Positions 9,760 to 20,002 of a stretch of 64,000 bases of DNA are shown here, piece by piece (the first letter of the stretch is position 1; every line of letters starts with the position of its first letter). The translations under genes were made by a program, and so were the position numbers. The DNA comes from Thermoflexus hugenholtzii JAD2 (GTDB taxonomy: Bacteria; Chloroflexota; UBA11872; UBA12225): positions 3,455 through 67,454 of the forward strand of contig CAMDTO010000002.1 in assembly GCA_945907765.1 (NCBI GenBank). The letters are read 5' to 3'. The notes under the pieces are model-generated. The model saw only the letters and a program-made list of their open reading frames with translations. It was not told the origin of the DNA and searched no databases.

Positions 9760-10938
9760 ATGCCTGCCGTGTATCTCGATCACGCCGCGACCACCCCTGC
9801 TCGTGCCGAGGTCATCGAGGCAATGGCGCCGTACTGGACGGATATCTCCGGCAATCCTTCCAGCATCTACGACGCCGGCCGAAATGCCCGTCACGCAATT
9901 GACGCCGCCCGTGACTCGGTCGCAGCCGACCTCAAGGCGCGTTCGTCAGAGGTCATCTTCACCAGTGGTGGAACCGAGAGTGACAATGCGGCCATCAAGG
10001 GCGTCGCATTCGCGTCGATGCACCGAGGCAAGCACCTCATCACGACAGCCATCGAGCATCACGCAGTACTGCACACATGCGAATGGCTTGAGCAATTCGG
10101 GTTCGAGACAACCTACCTACCCGTAGATGGGTACGGCATGGTCAGCCCCGACGATGTCCGCAAGGCAATCAGGCCCGATACCGTCCTGATCTCCGTGATG
10201 TACGCGAACAACGAAGTCGGGACGGTGCAGCCACTCGCCGAGATTGGACGGATTGCCCGCGCCTCCCGAATACCGTTCCATACCGACGCAGTTCAGGCAC
10301 CAGGACTACTGTCCATCGACGTCAGCTCTCTCGGAGTTGACCTCCTGTCTCTGTCCGCGCACAAATTCTACGGACCGAAAGGCACTGGGGTGCTGTACGT
10401 CCGGAGCGGAACCCGTTGGCAACCGCAACAGAGCGGTGGCGCTCAGGAACGCAACCGCCGTGGAGGCACTGAGAACACGCCCGGGATTGTCGGGCTAGCC
10501 ACCGCACTGCGTCTCGCCGTGAATGAACGCCCTGCGACCATTGCCCATGTCAAACCGCTACGGGACGATCTCATCCACCGCATGCTCGACACCGTCGGAG
10601 ATTCCCGCCTGACTGGCCACCCGACCGAACGGCTTCAGAACAACGCCAGCTTTGTGTTCAGGCAAGTCGAAGGCGAGAGCATCCTGCTGAGCCTCGACAT
10701 GGCGCAGATTGGCGCATCCAGCGGATCTGCTTGTACATCCGGCGCCACCGAGCCGTCGCACGTGATCACCGCACTGGGATTGCCATCAGACTGGGTGCGC
10801 GGTTCTCTTCGCCTCACATTGGGACGAACGTCATCTCCCGAAGCCATAGATGCCGTGATGAGGGTGCTCCCTCCAGCACTCAGCCGTCTCCGCGCGCTTT
10901 CACCGGGGCGAGTGTCCGTCCCCACCGCGACATCGTGA
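9760..10938 (+). CDS. Cysteine desulfurase (IscS/NifS-like, class V aminotransferase)
   Basis: VYLDHAATTP, the PLP lysine in SAHKFYGPKGTGVLYV, RRGGTENTPGIVG, and the active-site SSGSACTSG. Start taken at the ATG giving MPAVYLDH; the track ORF starts at 9709. Confidence 0.9.
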   Translation: MPAVYLDHAATTPARAEVIEAMAPYWTDISGNPSSIYDAGRNARHAIDAARDSVAADLKARSSEVIFTSGGTESDNAAIKGVAFASMHRGKHLITTAIEHHAVLHTCEWLEQFGFETTYLPVDGYGMVSPDDVRKAIRPDTVLISVMYANNEVGTVQPLAEIGRIARASRIPFHTDAVQAPGLLSIDVSSLGVDLLSLSAHKFYGPKGTGVLYVRSGTRWQPQQSGGAQERNRRGGTENTPGIVGLATALRLAVNERPATIAHVKPLRDDLIHRMLDTVGDSRLTGHPTERLQNNASFVFRQVEGESILLSLDMAQIGASSGSACTSGATEPSHVITALGLPSDWVRGSLRLTLGRTSSPEAIDAVMRVLPPALSRLRALSPGRVSVPTATS

Positions 10939-11068
10939 GCGTTCAACGCGACAATGGTCACGTCTCGCCTTGATCCCCACCGGATTGCGGTCGAATGCAG
11001 CGCATACCGTTTGAACCACCCTGCCGCCCCTTGAAGCACATGACCGCGACCGAACGGCGCCGACGCGC

Positions 11069-11764
11069 ATGACCGACGATTTCCCGCCACTCCCGAAGGC
11101 AAGCGGTGACACTCCCTTAGGGCGGAATGCTCGCACACTGGTTCGCACACCGGGGCCTCAGCAGCGCCTGCGGGACGCGAAGCATGACCGGCGTTTGGAA
11201 CTCACTTCGGCAAGCATTGGTCTCGGGTTGGCATTCGTATGTACTGCCATTGGCTTCTCTGCCATCGTGATGGGTTTCGAGTTCCCGGAGACCCGCATAG
11301 TGGCCATCCTCGGGGCCATCACCACCATCGGCGGTACGGGCCTCGCGTACAGGTTCACGCACGGAATCATCGTTGTGTTCCGCACATCCGGTGACGCACC
11401 AAACCGAACCGCGTCCATCCAACACCCGACACGTACCCAACACAAATCATCCACACAAGTCGAATTGCGAGTGGCCTCGGGTGTGATCGGGATCGGATGC
11501 GGGATTGCCACTGGCCTCGACCTAGGAATCTTGATCCTCCTCGTCGCCGGGCGCACCCCCTGGGATATCCCACCGTCGACCGATCTCGTCCTCCTTGTCA
11601 TCTTGCCGATGGTCGGCATGTTGCCAATTGCCGTGATCATCATCACGAGCGATCGTCGACGGTGGTTGCGGCCCCATGTCTTGATGACCACCATCGCGTG
11701 GGTCGTTGGAACAGCAATCGGATTTATCGGTAGCGGTGTCGTCCCACACCTCGGCATCATTTAG
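11069..11764 (+). CDS. Hypothetical polytopic membrane protein
   Basis: 231-aa ORF with about 5 hydrophobic segments and a polar linker. No motif recognised. A long antisense ORF exists, but the hydrophobicity pattern favours the plus strand. Confidence 0.5.
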   Translation: MTDDFPPLPKASGDTPLGRNARTLVRTPGPQQRLRDAKHDRRLELTSASIGLGLAFVCTAIGFSAIVMGFEFPETRIVAILGAITTIGGTGLAYRFTHGIIVVFRTSGDAPNRTASIQHPTRTQHKSSTQVELRVASGVIGIGCGIATGLDLGILILLVAGRTPWDIPPSTDLVLLVILPMVGMLPIAVIIITSDRRRWLRPHVLMTTIAWVVGTAIGFIGSGVVPHLGII

Positions 11765-11889
11765 AGATAAGCGGTGCCCCATGGTGAATGCGACGGATGA
11801 CGCCACGAGGTGCGCCAGGACTGCCTGAGGCGTTTGTGGTGCAACGCGCACCTACCACTTCATAAGCGTCAGTAACCGCGGGGATCACA

Positions 11890-12261
11890 ATGCCTTCGAC
11901 ACCAGACATCGTCGACGCAACCGGCATGACCGGTTCTGTGGGTTGGATGCAGGATGCGTTGTACACATGGATTTCTCCCGCTTGGCTCATGGCGATCGTC
12001 ATGATCGCGGTCGGCCTCTTCGCTTTTCACGGTGCGGTTGGATCCCCACCACGACGATGGTTGGAAAACTTCCCGATCGCATTCTTTGGCTTTGCCCTCG
12101 GTAACCTGATCGGTTATCAGACGAACTCAAAGTTAATTGCCGTTGGAGACATCCATTTCGTCGAAGCGTACGTCTGCATGACCGCAATCCTCGCGGGATC
12201 AAACTGGTTAAACCGTGTGGCCCCGCAGTCGACACAGCGGCGGTTCTTTGGCAGGGGTTGA
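11890..12261 (+). CDS. Hypothetical small membrane protein
   Basis: 123 aa with 3 predicted TM segments. No recognisable family. Confidence 0.45.
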   Translation: MPSTPDIVDATGMTGSVGWMQDALYTWISPAWLMAIVMIAVGLFAFHGAVGSPPRRWLENFPIAFFGFALGNLIGYQTNSKLIAVGDIHFVEAYVCMTAILAGSNWLNRVAPQSTQRRFFGRG

Positions 12262-12440
12262 CACTGCAAATCAACACTGAAGCAAAGTGATTGGCACCAT
12301 TCCGTCAAGTCATTCGTTGTGATGCGTGCCGCTATTGCCCGTCGCCAGAGTTCATCTGGCCAGCCTTCGACCGCACAACTGGGCCCCAGAACGGGCATAC
12401 CGCGATCACCCGTTCCACCTCTCCAACAGGATCCACAATC

Positions 12441-12761
12441 ATGGCAGCGCCGAGACCCGTGAACCCTGAATGGTCAAACGCGGCCGAAGCGGTCCGCATC
12501 GCCGGTGAACAACTCGGCATCTATCGGCGAAGAACCGGGATCGAGGACGCCATCGCGTTTGCCATCGGCCTGCTTGCCGGCGCCGTCACCGGCGCAGTTG
12601 CTGGGATACTGACCGCACCGGCAGACGGGGCAACCATGCGCTCGCGCGTTCGTGGATCGTTGATGAACCTGCGAAACGGCGGCACGCCGCCTGATGCGCC
12701 TCTTGCATCCACCTTGCCGGCAACCATAACCCTGACGACTGTTCGGCCAACCGCACTATAG
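12441..12761 (+). CDS. YtxH-like small protein
   Basis: GLLAGAVTGAVAGILTAPADGATMRSRV resembles the YtxH glycine-zipper helix followed by 'APxSGxETR'. Start set at the internal ATG (MAAPRPV); the track ORF starts at 12291. Confidence 0.5.
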   Translation: MAAPRPVNPEWSNAAEAVRIAGEQLGIYRRRTGIEDAIAFAIGLLAGAVTGAVAGILTAPADGATMRSRVRGSLMNLRNGGTPPDAPLASTLPATITLTTVRPTAL

Positions 12762-12925
12762 GGGTGCAGTCGACCCAACGACACCGGCCCAAATCGGGGG
12801 CAATCAAGTCAACGACCTGAGCATTCGCCCGGACTGCCAACCCTCCCGGACATCTGGCTACGGCGAATGGGTGCACCCCAACCCGGAGGTCATCACACTT
12901 TCGTACGACGCGAAGATCCCTGCCG

Positions 12926-15325
12926 TCACGTCCTCGATTTGACAGTCGTCGGTGTCTCAGGTAGCGATGCGGGTGCCACTGGCGGACTTGAAGCGGCCGG
13001 GGCAATCGCTGGAACGCCATTCACGGCGACCGGGGCGGGATTCGGTGCAAGCGGTGCGGGTTCAGAAGCCGGTGTAACCGGGCTGAGGAAGGTCTTGAGG
13101 GAGGCAAACAAGCCGGGAGATCCTGGTACCAGAAGACCTTGGGCAACGGCCGTGCGAACAGCCGCCGGCGTCCCTTGACCGACCGCGCCGACACCAATGG
13201 CCCACTTCTCCTGCCACGGCGCGTACCGGCTCGAGAAACTGTCAGACAGGCTTTGTTTGCCGTTCACCGTGACAACCCGGCGCACAACCGCGTCAACCCC
13301 ATCGGCTTTCCATTCGGCCTGCTTTCGTTGTCCAAGTGGGAGTTTCGGATCCGGCACGTCTGGTGAGGCATCGGGCGCGGGACGTTCATTTGCCCGTGAA
13401 CTCGTCTGCTTGATCTCACGCCCGGTCACTTCACCGAATAGCCGGAACGTAACCACCTTTGTTTGCTCGTCGACCGTCACGTGCACGAGGAGAGGCGCTC
13501 CAGTGTCGTTCTTGAACCGGAAGTCAACCCCCGGATCGTAGACCGCAGCATCGAAGCCGACCGGGCTTCCATCCTGTTCGTAATACGTGACGCGGTATGC
13601 ATGCTGATGGCGCTCGACGATTGGCAACCCACCCCAGAACGCCGCTCGGAACATCGTGGTGGATATCTGGCAGACCCCACCACCGATCCCCGGGACTGTG
13701 GCATCACCCTGGATGGTTAGCCCCTCCAGGTAGCCGTTCTCCGGTGTGATCGGACCCAAACTTTCGAGAAATGAGAAGACCGTGCCCGGCTGAATCAAGG
13801 TGTGATGAAGCTTTCCAGCAGCTACCTTGACATTGTTTGCCCGTTCGGGCGAAGACCCGGTGTACTTCGATGAACCTACACCGACGAGATCCTTGATACC
13901 CATCGATGCGAGGCGTGAACTCGAGACGGTCGGCCTCGCGATGGTGACCGGGATCACAACATCGCGACTGTCCTCGGCCGCGGCCTGGATGATGGTGCGA
14001 ACCGCCACCGCCTGATCGACATGGAGTCCATCCTGCCCATCCCGGGTAAATACGATGGCCTTGCCGTCCCAGCGAAATTGCCCATCCTGTGGTGCGCGCT
14101 CAACCTGTTGGGCAATTGTCTTGACGAATGTTGCGACATCCGTCTCATTCAACCCAGCCAGCAGACGGTCGTAGCCCCCATCGACCCCAGCTTCGCGCCG
14201 GAACTCGAGCATTGACTCAAGTTGGGCAAGGGAAAGGGACCACGACATCTCACCGATACGGATGAAGAGTGGGCCTGCCAGAATCTTCTGGGCAACCCTT
14301 TGAGCCTCGGCGATGCTCGTCTGGGAGGTGCGGGGCTGTGCAACGACGACCGGAAGAGGCACGACCTGACGGTCATTCAAGGTCGCAGGAAGCCGCACGG
14401 CACGCATGGCTGCCTCGACATCGATCCGCTCACCATTTACCGCGGGGGCCAGGATCACCTGGCCACCCTTGATCGACAACGTGGCCTCGACTGGGGAACG
14501 GTTGACCGCCGATGCAAGCTTTTCCAGATACGCCGAAAGTTGCGTTCGGTCAACCTCAACTCGGAACGTAACGTCCGGTCGCCACAACGGGACCGCCACG
14601 ACTTGGACCCATCGCAGTGGCCAGATCCACGTCCTGCCAGTAGTCATGGCACGCGCCTGCATCTCATCGGTGCCGACGCGCATCCCAATCTCGCGCGCCG
14701 CTGGACGCCACTCCCGGTTCATGTACTTAAAGGTGACCGGTGCGGTTACAAGCGGCACCGCTGCGGCGTTTACCGCCCGTGACACCTCAGCCGCCCCGAG
14801 ACCACCAAGGGCCACATCGCCGAGACGTACTCCCGGCAAGGCCATCTCGGCGTAGCGAACGTCTAGCACCCCGCCAACAATGAACGCCAACAGAATGGCC
14901 ACGAACGGGATATGGCGCACTGACACCAGATAACCCGGGGGCCCATTCGCGCTTCGTGGACGTCCACTCTGGTCACCGCGGTCAGTGACCCCATTTCGCC
15001 CGCGACCCGAGATCCGGGTTACCTTCCCGGTCGGGAATAGCGGTGCCGGTTCAACCAGACTGGCGTCGTCGTCGTCCGGCGCGACCCGTGAAGCGGAATG
15101 CGGAAGCCGACGCGGTGCTCGAGGCTGGCCCTCACGCCCTCCTGAAATATCGCTACCGTTCGGCCTTCGCGTAACCGTCGAGGAGGACCGACCTACTGCT
15201 GGAGGGGATTGCACACTCTCCGAATCAGGAATGCGCCGCGCGGCAACGCGGCGTCCAACCGGGTTCTCGGTAGGACGGTCATCGGGCATCGCACCCGATC
15301 GCATCTGGGCCTGACCGGTCGGCAT
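12926..15325 (-). CDS. VanW-domain protein (799 aa) with a disordered N-terminus, one TM segment and a Pro/Ala-rich C-terminal tail
   Basis: GGGVCQISTTMFRAAFWGGLPIVERHQHAYRVTYYE is the VanW core. A TM segment (FVAILLAFIVGGVL) follows about 150 polar residues. Confidence 0.8.
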   Translation of the reverse strand: MPTGQAQMRSGAMPDDRPTENPVGRRVAARRIPDSESVQSPPAVGRSSSTVTRRPNGSDISGGREGQPRAPRRLPHSASRVAPDDDDASLVEPAPLFPTGKVTRISGRGRNGVTDRGDQSGRPRSANGPPGYLVSVRHIPFVAILLAFIVGGVLDVRYAEMALPGVRLGDVALGGLGAAEVSRAVNAAAVPLVTAPVTFKYMNREWRPAAREIGMRVGTDEMQARAMTTGRTWIWPLRWVQVVAVPLWRPDVTFRVEVDRTQLSAYLEKLASAVNRSPVEATLSIKGGQVILAPAVNGERIDVEAAMRAVRLPATLNDRQVVPLPVVVAQPRTSQTSIAEAQRVAQKILAGPLFIRIGEMSWSLSLAQLESMLEFRREAGVDGGYDRLLAGLNETDVATFVKTIAQQVERAPQDGQFRWDGKAIVFTRDGQDGLHVDQAVAVRTIIQAAAEDSRDVVIPVTIARPTVSSSRLASMGIKDLVGVGSSKYTGSSPERANNVKVAAGKLHHTLIQPGTVFSFLESLGPITPENGYLEGLTIQGDATVPGIGGGVCQISTTMFRAAFWGGLPIVERHQHAYRVTYYEQDGSPVGFDAAVYDPGVDFRFKNDTGAPLLVHVTVDEQTKVVTFRLFGEVTGREIKQTSSRANERPAPDASPDVPDPKLPLGQRKQAEWKADGVDAVVRRVVTVNGKQSLSDSFSSRYAPWQEKWAIGVGAVGQGTPAAVRTAVAQGLLVPGSPGLFASLKTFLSPVTPASEPAPLAPNPAPVAVNGVPAIAPAASSPPVAPASLPETPTTVKSRT

Positions 15326-15545
15326 TGCAGTGACCCTATCGTATCGCCGGTGACCATTCCGCGCGCTGCAATATGCTTCGCAACCACCGGGATGGTTGCC
15401 TTACGCCATGGGAACTTTAACCAACATAACCAAGTAATCACTGGCCATGCAAGACAGCACCTGACTATGGATGCAACGCGGCCCGCTCAGGGGTGGTCGC
15501 ACCCGCGGCCACACAGTTCTCACCGGGAGCGGAAGTCTCGCAAAG

Positions 15546-16730
15546 CTACCCGTGCGATACCTGCGGACGATCTCGCGACGAGACGAGAACGAGATTATTC
15601 CGATGGATTACTTCCTCCCCAAATGCATAGCCAAGTGCATCGGAAATTGCCGCCGAGTGCATGCCCTTGATCCGCGCAACGTCAGCCGAAGCGTAATTCG
15701 CGAGGCCGCACGCAATCCGGTCGCCATCAGGGTCAATGACGGAGAGTGGGTCACCGCGCCCGAACCGGCCGTCAATGCTGAGTACACCGGCCGCGAGCAG
15801 ACTGCGTCCCCGTCGACGCAACGCATCGGCCGCACCATGATCAACATGAACCGCGGCACGACGAGTAAGTGCGGAAAGGATCCATCGTTGGCGCGACTCC
15901 CGATGCGAACTCGAAGCACGAAACCGGGTGCCGATTGCCTCGCCCGCAACAAGCCGAACCAAGACGTCCGGTTCCAGTCCCGGGGCAATCACCACATCCA
16001 CACCGGATGCAGTTGCAAGGCGCGCCGATTCGATTTTGGTGCGCATGCCGCCGGTTCCCTGATCGGTCCCCGCACCTCCCGCAAGGGCCTCGATTGACCG
16101 GGTGATCCGCAGGACTTCCGGAACCAGGCGTGCGTCGGGATCTGTCCGGGGATCCGCCGTGTAAAGGCCACCGGTGTTGGTGAGGTTGATCAGCAATTGT
16201 GCATCGGCAAGGTTCGCCACCATCGCCGCAAGGTTGTCGTTGTCGCCAAACAGGCTGTTGTCCCCATCGACCCGGATTTCGTCGCTGGCAACGACATCGT
16301 TCTCATTGATGATCGGGAGTACCCCGACCTCCACAAGCCCGAGAAGAGTATTCCTGGTATTCAGGTATCCCGGCCGACTTCGGAGGTCTCCCTTGGTCAG
16401 GAGGGTCTGTGCCACCGTCACGCCAAGGTCCGCAAAGATGCGGTCCCACACGTTCATCAACCGGTGCTGACCGATCGCCGCAAGCATCTGCTTGGCGGGA
16501 ATGTCTCGCCTCGAACCATCAAGAGCGAGATGCGCGCGCCCCGCAGCGATTGCCCCGGATGAGACGAGCAGGACCTCTACACCGGACCGTCCGACCTCGT
16601 CGATTTGACGGGCCACATCCGCCATCCGGGCGTGATCAAGCGTGCGCGCCCCGCCTGTCAGGATTCCCGTGCCGATCTTGACAACAATCCGCGCCAATCG
16701 TTGTTGCGTGCTTCCGGTCATTCCGGGCAA
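15546..16730 (-). CDS. proB: Glutamate 5-kinase with a C-terminal PUA domain
   Basis: RIVVKIGTGILT, LVSSGAIAAGR, GDNDNLAAMVA, GTGGMRTKI, followed by a PUA-like C-terminus. Confidence 0.95.
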   Translation of the reverse strand: MPGMTGSTQQRLARIVVKIGTGILTGGARTLDHARMADVARQIDEVGRSGVEVLLVSSGAIAAGRAHLALDGSRRDIPAKQMLAAIGQHRLMNVWDRIFADLGVTVAQTLLTKGDLRSRPGYLNTRNTLLGLVEVGVLPIINENDVVASDEIRVDGDNSLFGDNDNLAAMVANLADAQLLINLTNTGGLYTADPRTDPDARLVPEVLRITRSIEALAGGAGTDQGTGGMRTKIESARLATASGVDVVIAPGLEPDVLVRLVAGEAIGTRFRASSSHRESRQRWILSALTRRAAVHVDHGAADALRRRGRSLLAAGVLSIDGRFGRGDPLSVIDPDGDRIACGLANYASADVARIKGMHSAAISDALGYAFGEEVIHRNNLVLVSSRDRPQVSHG

Positions 16731-16762
16731 CAGTATAGGGACGGGACCAACTCAACCCTCCC

Positions 16763-17762
16763 GTGACTAGGTGTCGTCTCTCACGACGGTGTTTACCGGG
16801 GCTGGGGGGAACGGGATGAAGGCCTCGCCCGGAACGGTGCTGGTTACTCACACCACACCCGCCTGGGAGGCCTTCGGAAGCAACACGATCACCCGCACGC
16901 CAGATTGACCACGCACGGGCGCGCACGGCGGCTGCACTTGGTCGCGTCGGGGACGCCGGTGGCCGATGCGTGCGCCGATGCCGGCGTCTCGCGGACGACG
17001 TACTACCGTTGCAGGCAGCGGTTCGCCAGTGAGGGACTGCCCGGCCTGGCGGACCGCTCCAGCCGGCCCCGGTGCCCCCGGATGGCGATCACCCCGGCGC
17101 AGGAGAAGGCGATCACCGGCATCCGGACCGCCCAGGGATGGGGTCCCGACCGGATCGCCCTCGTGCTGCGACTGCCCTGTGCCACCGTCCACCGGGCGAT
17201 CGTGCACCCTGGTCCACATCGACACGAAGAAATTCGGACGCATCGTCGGCGGGCCGGGACACCGGGTGACCGGCGATCGCCGGTCGCGCTCCCGCGGGGC
17301 GGGATGGACGGTGATCCACGCCGCCATCGACGACGCGTGGCGCGTGGCGTACGTGGAACTGCTCCCCGACGAGTGCGGGGTGACGGCCTCCGGTTTCCTG
17401 CGCCGGATGGTGGCGCACTTGCGTGGACAACGGGGTGCCGGTGCAGCGGGAGCTCACGGACAACGGGAGCCATTACGTCTCTGGAGTATCGAACGTGGCG
17501 TGCGCGGGCCTGGGCGTGGGTGCCCGCCGGAGTCGGCCGGACCGGCCACAGACGAACGGGAAGGTCGAGCGCTGGTTCCAGACCGTCCTGCGCGAATGCC
17601 TCTCCCTCCACCCGCTGGCGAGCGAGGACGCGCGCCAACTTGCATCGGACGCCTTCGTGAAGTACGACAACCATCACCGACCGCACCTCGGCATCAAGGG
17701 CCTCACCCCCCTCTCCCACCTCGCTTCCCTGTCAACAACCTTGCGAGAGACAACGACATCAC
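16763..17762 (+). mobile_element. IS481-family insertion sequence, degraded (about 1 kb)
   Basis: Imperfect terminal inverted repeats: GTGACTAGGTGTCGTCTCTCACGACGGTGTTTAC (16763-) against the reverse complement of 17731-17762, GTGATGTCGTTGTCTCTCGCAAGGTTGTTGAC. They enclose a DDE transposase split over three frames. The region is visibly richer in G+C than its flanks. I found no clear target-site duplication. Confidence 0.65.
16905..17760 (+). pseudogene. IS481-family DDE transposase, frameshifted and internally deleted
   Basis: The HTH part (GVSRTTYYRCRQRFASEGLPGLADRSSRP) is in the frame of ORF 16905. LVHIDTKKFGRIVGGPGHRVTG...IDDAWRVAYVELLPDE is in the frame of ORF 16966. RELTDNGSHY...RPDRPQTNGKVERWFQTVLRE...YDNHHRPHLGIKGLTP is in the frame of ORF 17423. 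About 35 codons normally present between the HTH and LVHID appear to be missing. Confidence 0.7.
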
Positions 17763-20002
17763 CAGACGCGCAAGACCATCGCGCCAAACGCGGGCAACGC
17801 CACCTGCACCGTCGTTCCAGAAATCGCAGCCGACGCACCCGAGGTCGCGAATTCGATCCGCAATGACGGAATATCCACTGCACTGATCGCGGCTGGATCG
17901 GCAATGGTCAGCCCACCCGCGGTGGGTGAAGGCGCTGGATTGGTCACGAACACGAGCGATCCGCCAGACGGAATGAGCCTGATTGATGTCAATACTGCCA
18001 ATTCTTCGGATGGATGTACGCGGCGAGGAACCGACTCCATCAGGCTTGTAACCCATCGCCTGATCGCCATGTGATCGGCCTGATCACCCGCACCGGGATC
18101 GTGACCGATCCTCGAAAACCCGACCACGGTCGAAGTGCCGTCGTGGACTTGTGCCCGATACGCCGCTACGGTGTCCCCCACGTCCGTACCAGGTTGAGCC
18201 GACAGTAGCTGGAGGATCGGTTCCACGTCGTTCGGCAATGGCGCGGGGTACACAACGCCGTACCCCGCGCCGTCGAAACTTCCGAGATCCGCACCCCCCA
18301 CGCGCACCGGGATCGCAGCTAGAACTTCCCGACCCAGTGCAACCGGCCACAGAAACGTCGAGCGGAATGCCATTCCATCGCGTTGTCGTCGCGGAGGCGC
18401 TGGAAAGGTAATCAAGTTGCCCCCGCGCAATGTATGGACAACGAGACGACCATAGCGTTCCAAATCAATCCATCGACGTGCCGGAAAGATCGCGGCGACC
18501 GTCTCCTCACCATCTGGCCCGGAACCGAACCGGTCAACATCACTCACTGTGACTTGGAAACCCGCCAGACGCACTGCCATGAAAAGCGACGCCCGGTCCT
18601 CACGCCATCGCAGGGATGTGCCAGACACTCCGACCGTGGCGATGTCATCGGGGTCAGCGCCCGCGTACGCCGGATCATCGATCCAGACGACCGGATCTGC
18701 AAGGTGTGTTGACGCAACCAACTCGTCTTCATGAGCCGCCACGAATGCAATGAAGGCCTTGATTTCCGGGTCGGCCATCCATGTCTCGGAGATCATCAGT
18801 GAGACCATTCCCTCACCAACCGCGGTGGCGAGCGATGCAACCCGCCCTCCATTCGCTCCGCCCCGATCTGCCACAGAAATCATCGGAGGATGGTCATCAT
18901 CCGATCGTCCAACTAGTGAGGACGCAACCCACGCCACATCGGGAACCTGCGCCTCGGTGCAGGCGATGCCTTGCAGGAACTCCTTGTCACTCCCCTTGAC
19001 TGCCGAATTGACGACCCCCACCCCCGGAAGTCCCGCCCACCCACTTTCCAACATTACGCACGGGACGCCTGGCAAGGCGAGTGAAACAGTCTTCCTCAAG
19101 TCTCGGGAGTAGGTCGAACGGACGTGCCCGACAAACTCATGCCAATCAGCAAATTGCCCGGGCGAAAGTTCCCGCGCTGTCCGTCCGCCAGGTGCTTCCG
19201 TGCCTCGCCGGCCCTTTCCGGGCTCCGGCCAGAATGATCCTGCCGATAACTCAACCTCGCGCCGACCAAACCAATTCGAAACGCGGGACACGAACCGTGC
19301 CATGGGCGACGGCCCCTCTGTGCCCCGAGCCGATGTGTCTAAAGCCCTTAGGTCCGGGGGACTTGCGCCATCGCAGGTCAGTCCCGGCCGGGCCCACTCG
19401 CGCGCAATCGCGATGTCACTGTCGTACCGACGACGCAACCATGATCGCCACTCGAAGAGCAGTGCGTTGTCCGCTCCATCACGCAACCATGAGTGCGAAC
19501 TCGTTGGCTTGACCCCAGTATCGATTATGAAACCGGCAATGTGTGCCCGGTCGCCCTGCGCGACCGAAGACGCAAGTGTTTCCAACCACCGGTTCGCCCG
19601 GCCGCGCACATCCGAATTGGGAAACGCCGGTCCATCACCCGTGCTTTGGGATGCGGAACGACCGCGCGGTGTCTCGACCGGACCGGGAGGGAGATCCGTC
19701 ACATCAGCCATGACCCAGACATCGAGGCCCGCCTGTGCAGCTAGGCCTATTGCCTCTGCGACGATGTGGGCGGATTCGTCATCCTGATCCTGAACGCCAG
19801 ACGCGTGCCAGGACCACCCAACCTCTAGGCATACCCCGGAAACCCCAGAGGCAGACCATTCACTGACCCGGTGACGCAAGGCCTCGGCCCGGACACCATC
19901 CAGTCGCACGCCAACCAGAACCGGAATGTACGGCCGGTCACCACGGTAGAAAAGGCCGTACGCGACGAGATGGCGGGGATCGTTCACAAGGTCTTCCGGC
20001 AA
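17759..20002 (-). CDS. Hypothetical protein, possibly a divergent GH42-like (beta-galactosidase-like) TIM-barrel protein
   Basis: 747 aa. LLFEWRSWLRRRYDSDIAIAREWA resembles the GH42 'F..WL+.RYGSL..LN.AW' segment. The N-terminal LEVGWSWH...AGLDVWVMAD looks like TIM-barrel strands. This is weak, motif-level recognition only. Confidence 0.5.
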   Translation of the reverse strand: MPEDLVNDPRHLVAYGLFYRGDRPYIPVLVGVRLDGVRAEALRHRVSEWSASGVSGVCLEVGWSWHASGVQDQDDESAHIVAEAIGLAAQAGLDVWVMADVTDLPPGPVETPRGRSASQSTGDGPAFPNSDVRGRANRWLETLASSVAQGDRAHIAGFIIDTGVKPTSSHSWLRDGADNALLFEWRSWLRRRYDSDIAIAREWARPGLTCDGASPPDLRALDTSARGTEGPSPMARFVSRVSNWFGRREVELSAGSFWPEPGKGRRGTEAPGGRTARELSPGQFADWHEFVGHVRSTYSRDLRKTVSLALPGVPCVMLESGWAGLPGVGVVNSAVKGSDKEFLQGIACTEAQVPDVAWVASSLVGRSDDDHPPMISVADRGGANGGRVASLATAVGEGMVSLMISETWMADPEIKAFIAFVAAHEDELVASTHLADPVVWIDDPAYAGADPDDIATVGVSGTSLRWREDRASLFMAVRLAGFQVTVSDVDRFGSGPDGEETVAAIFPARRWIDLERYGRLVVHTLRGGNLITFPAPPRRQRDGMAFRSTFLWPVALGREVLAAIPVRVGGADLGSFDGAGYGVVYPAPLPNDVEPILQLLSAQPGTDVGDTVAAYRAQVHDGTSTVVGFSRIGHDPGAGDQADHMAIRRWVTSLMESVPRRVHPSEELAVLTSIRLIPSGGSLVFVTNPAPSPTAGGLTIADPAAISAVDIPSLRIEFATSGASAAISGTTVQVALPAFGAMVLRVW

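Noticed and set aside
16848-17719. Minus-strand ORFs (159, 238, 116 aa) inside the IS element.
   Set aside because: The plus strand carries recognisable IS481 transposase motifs in three frames. The very high G+C content here leaves all six frames open.
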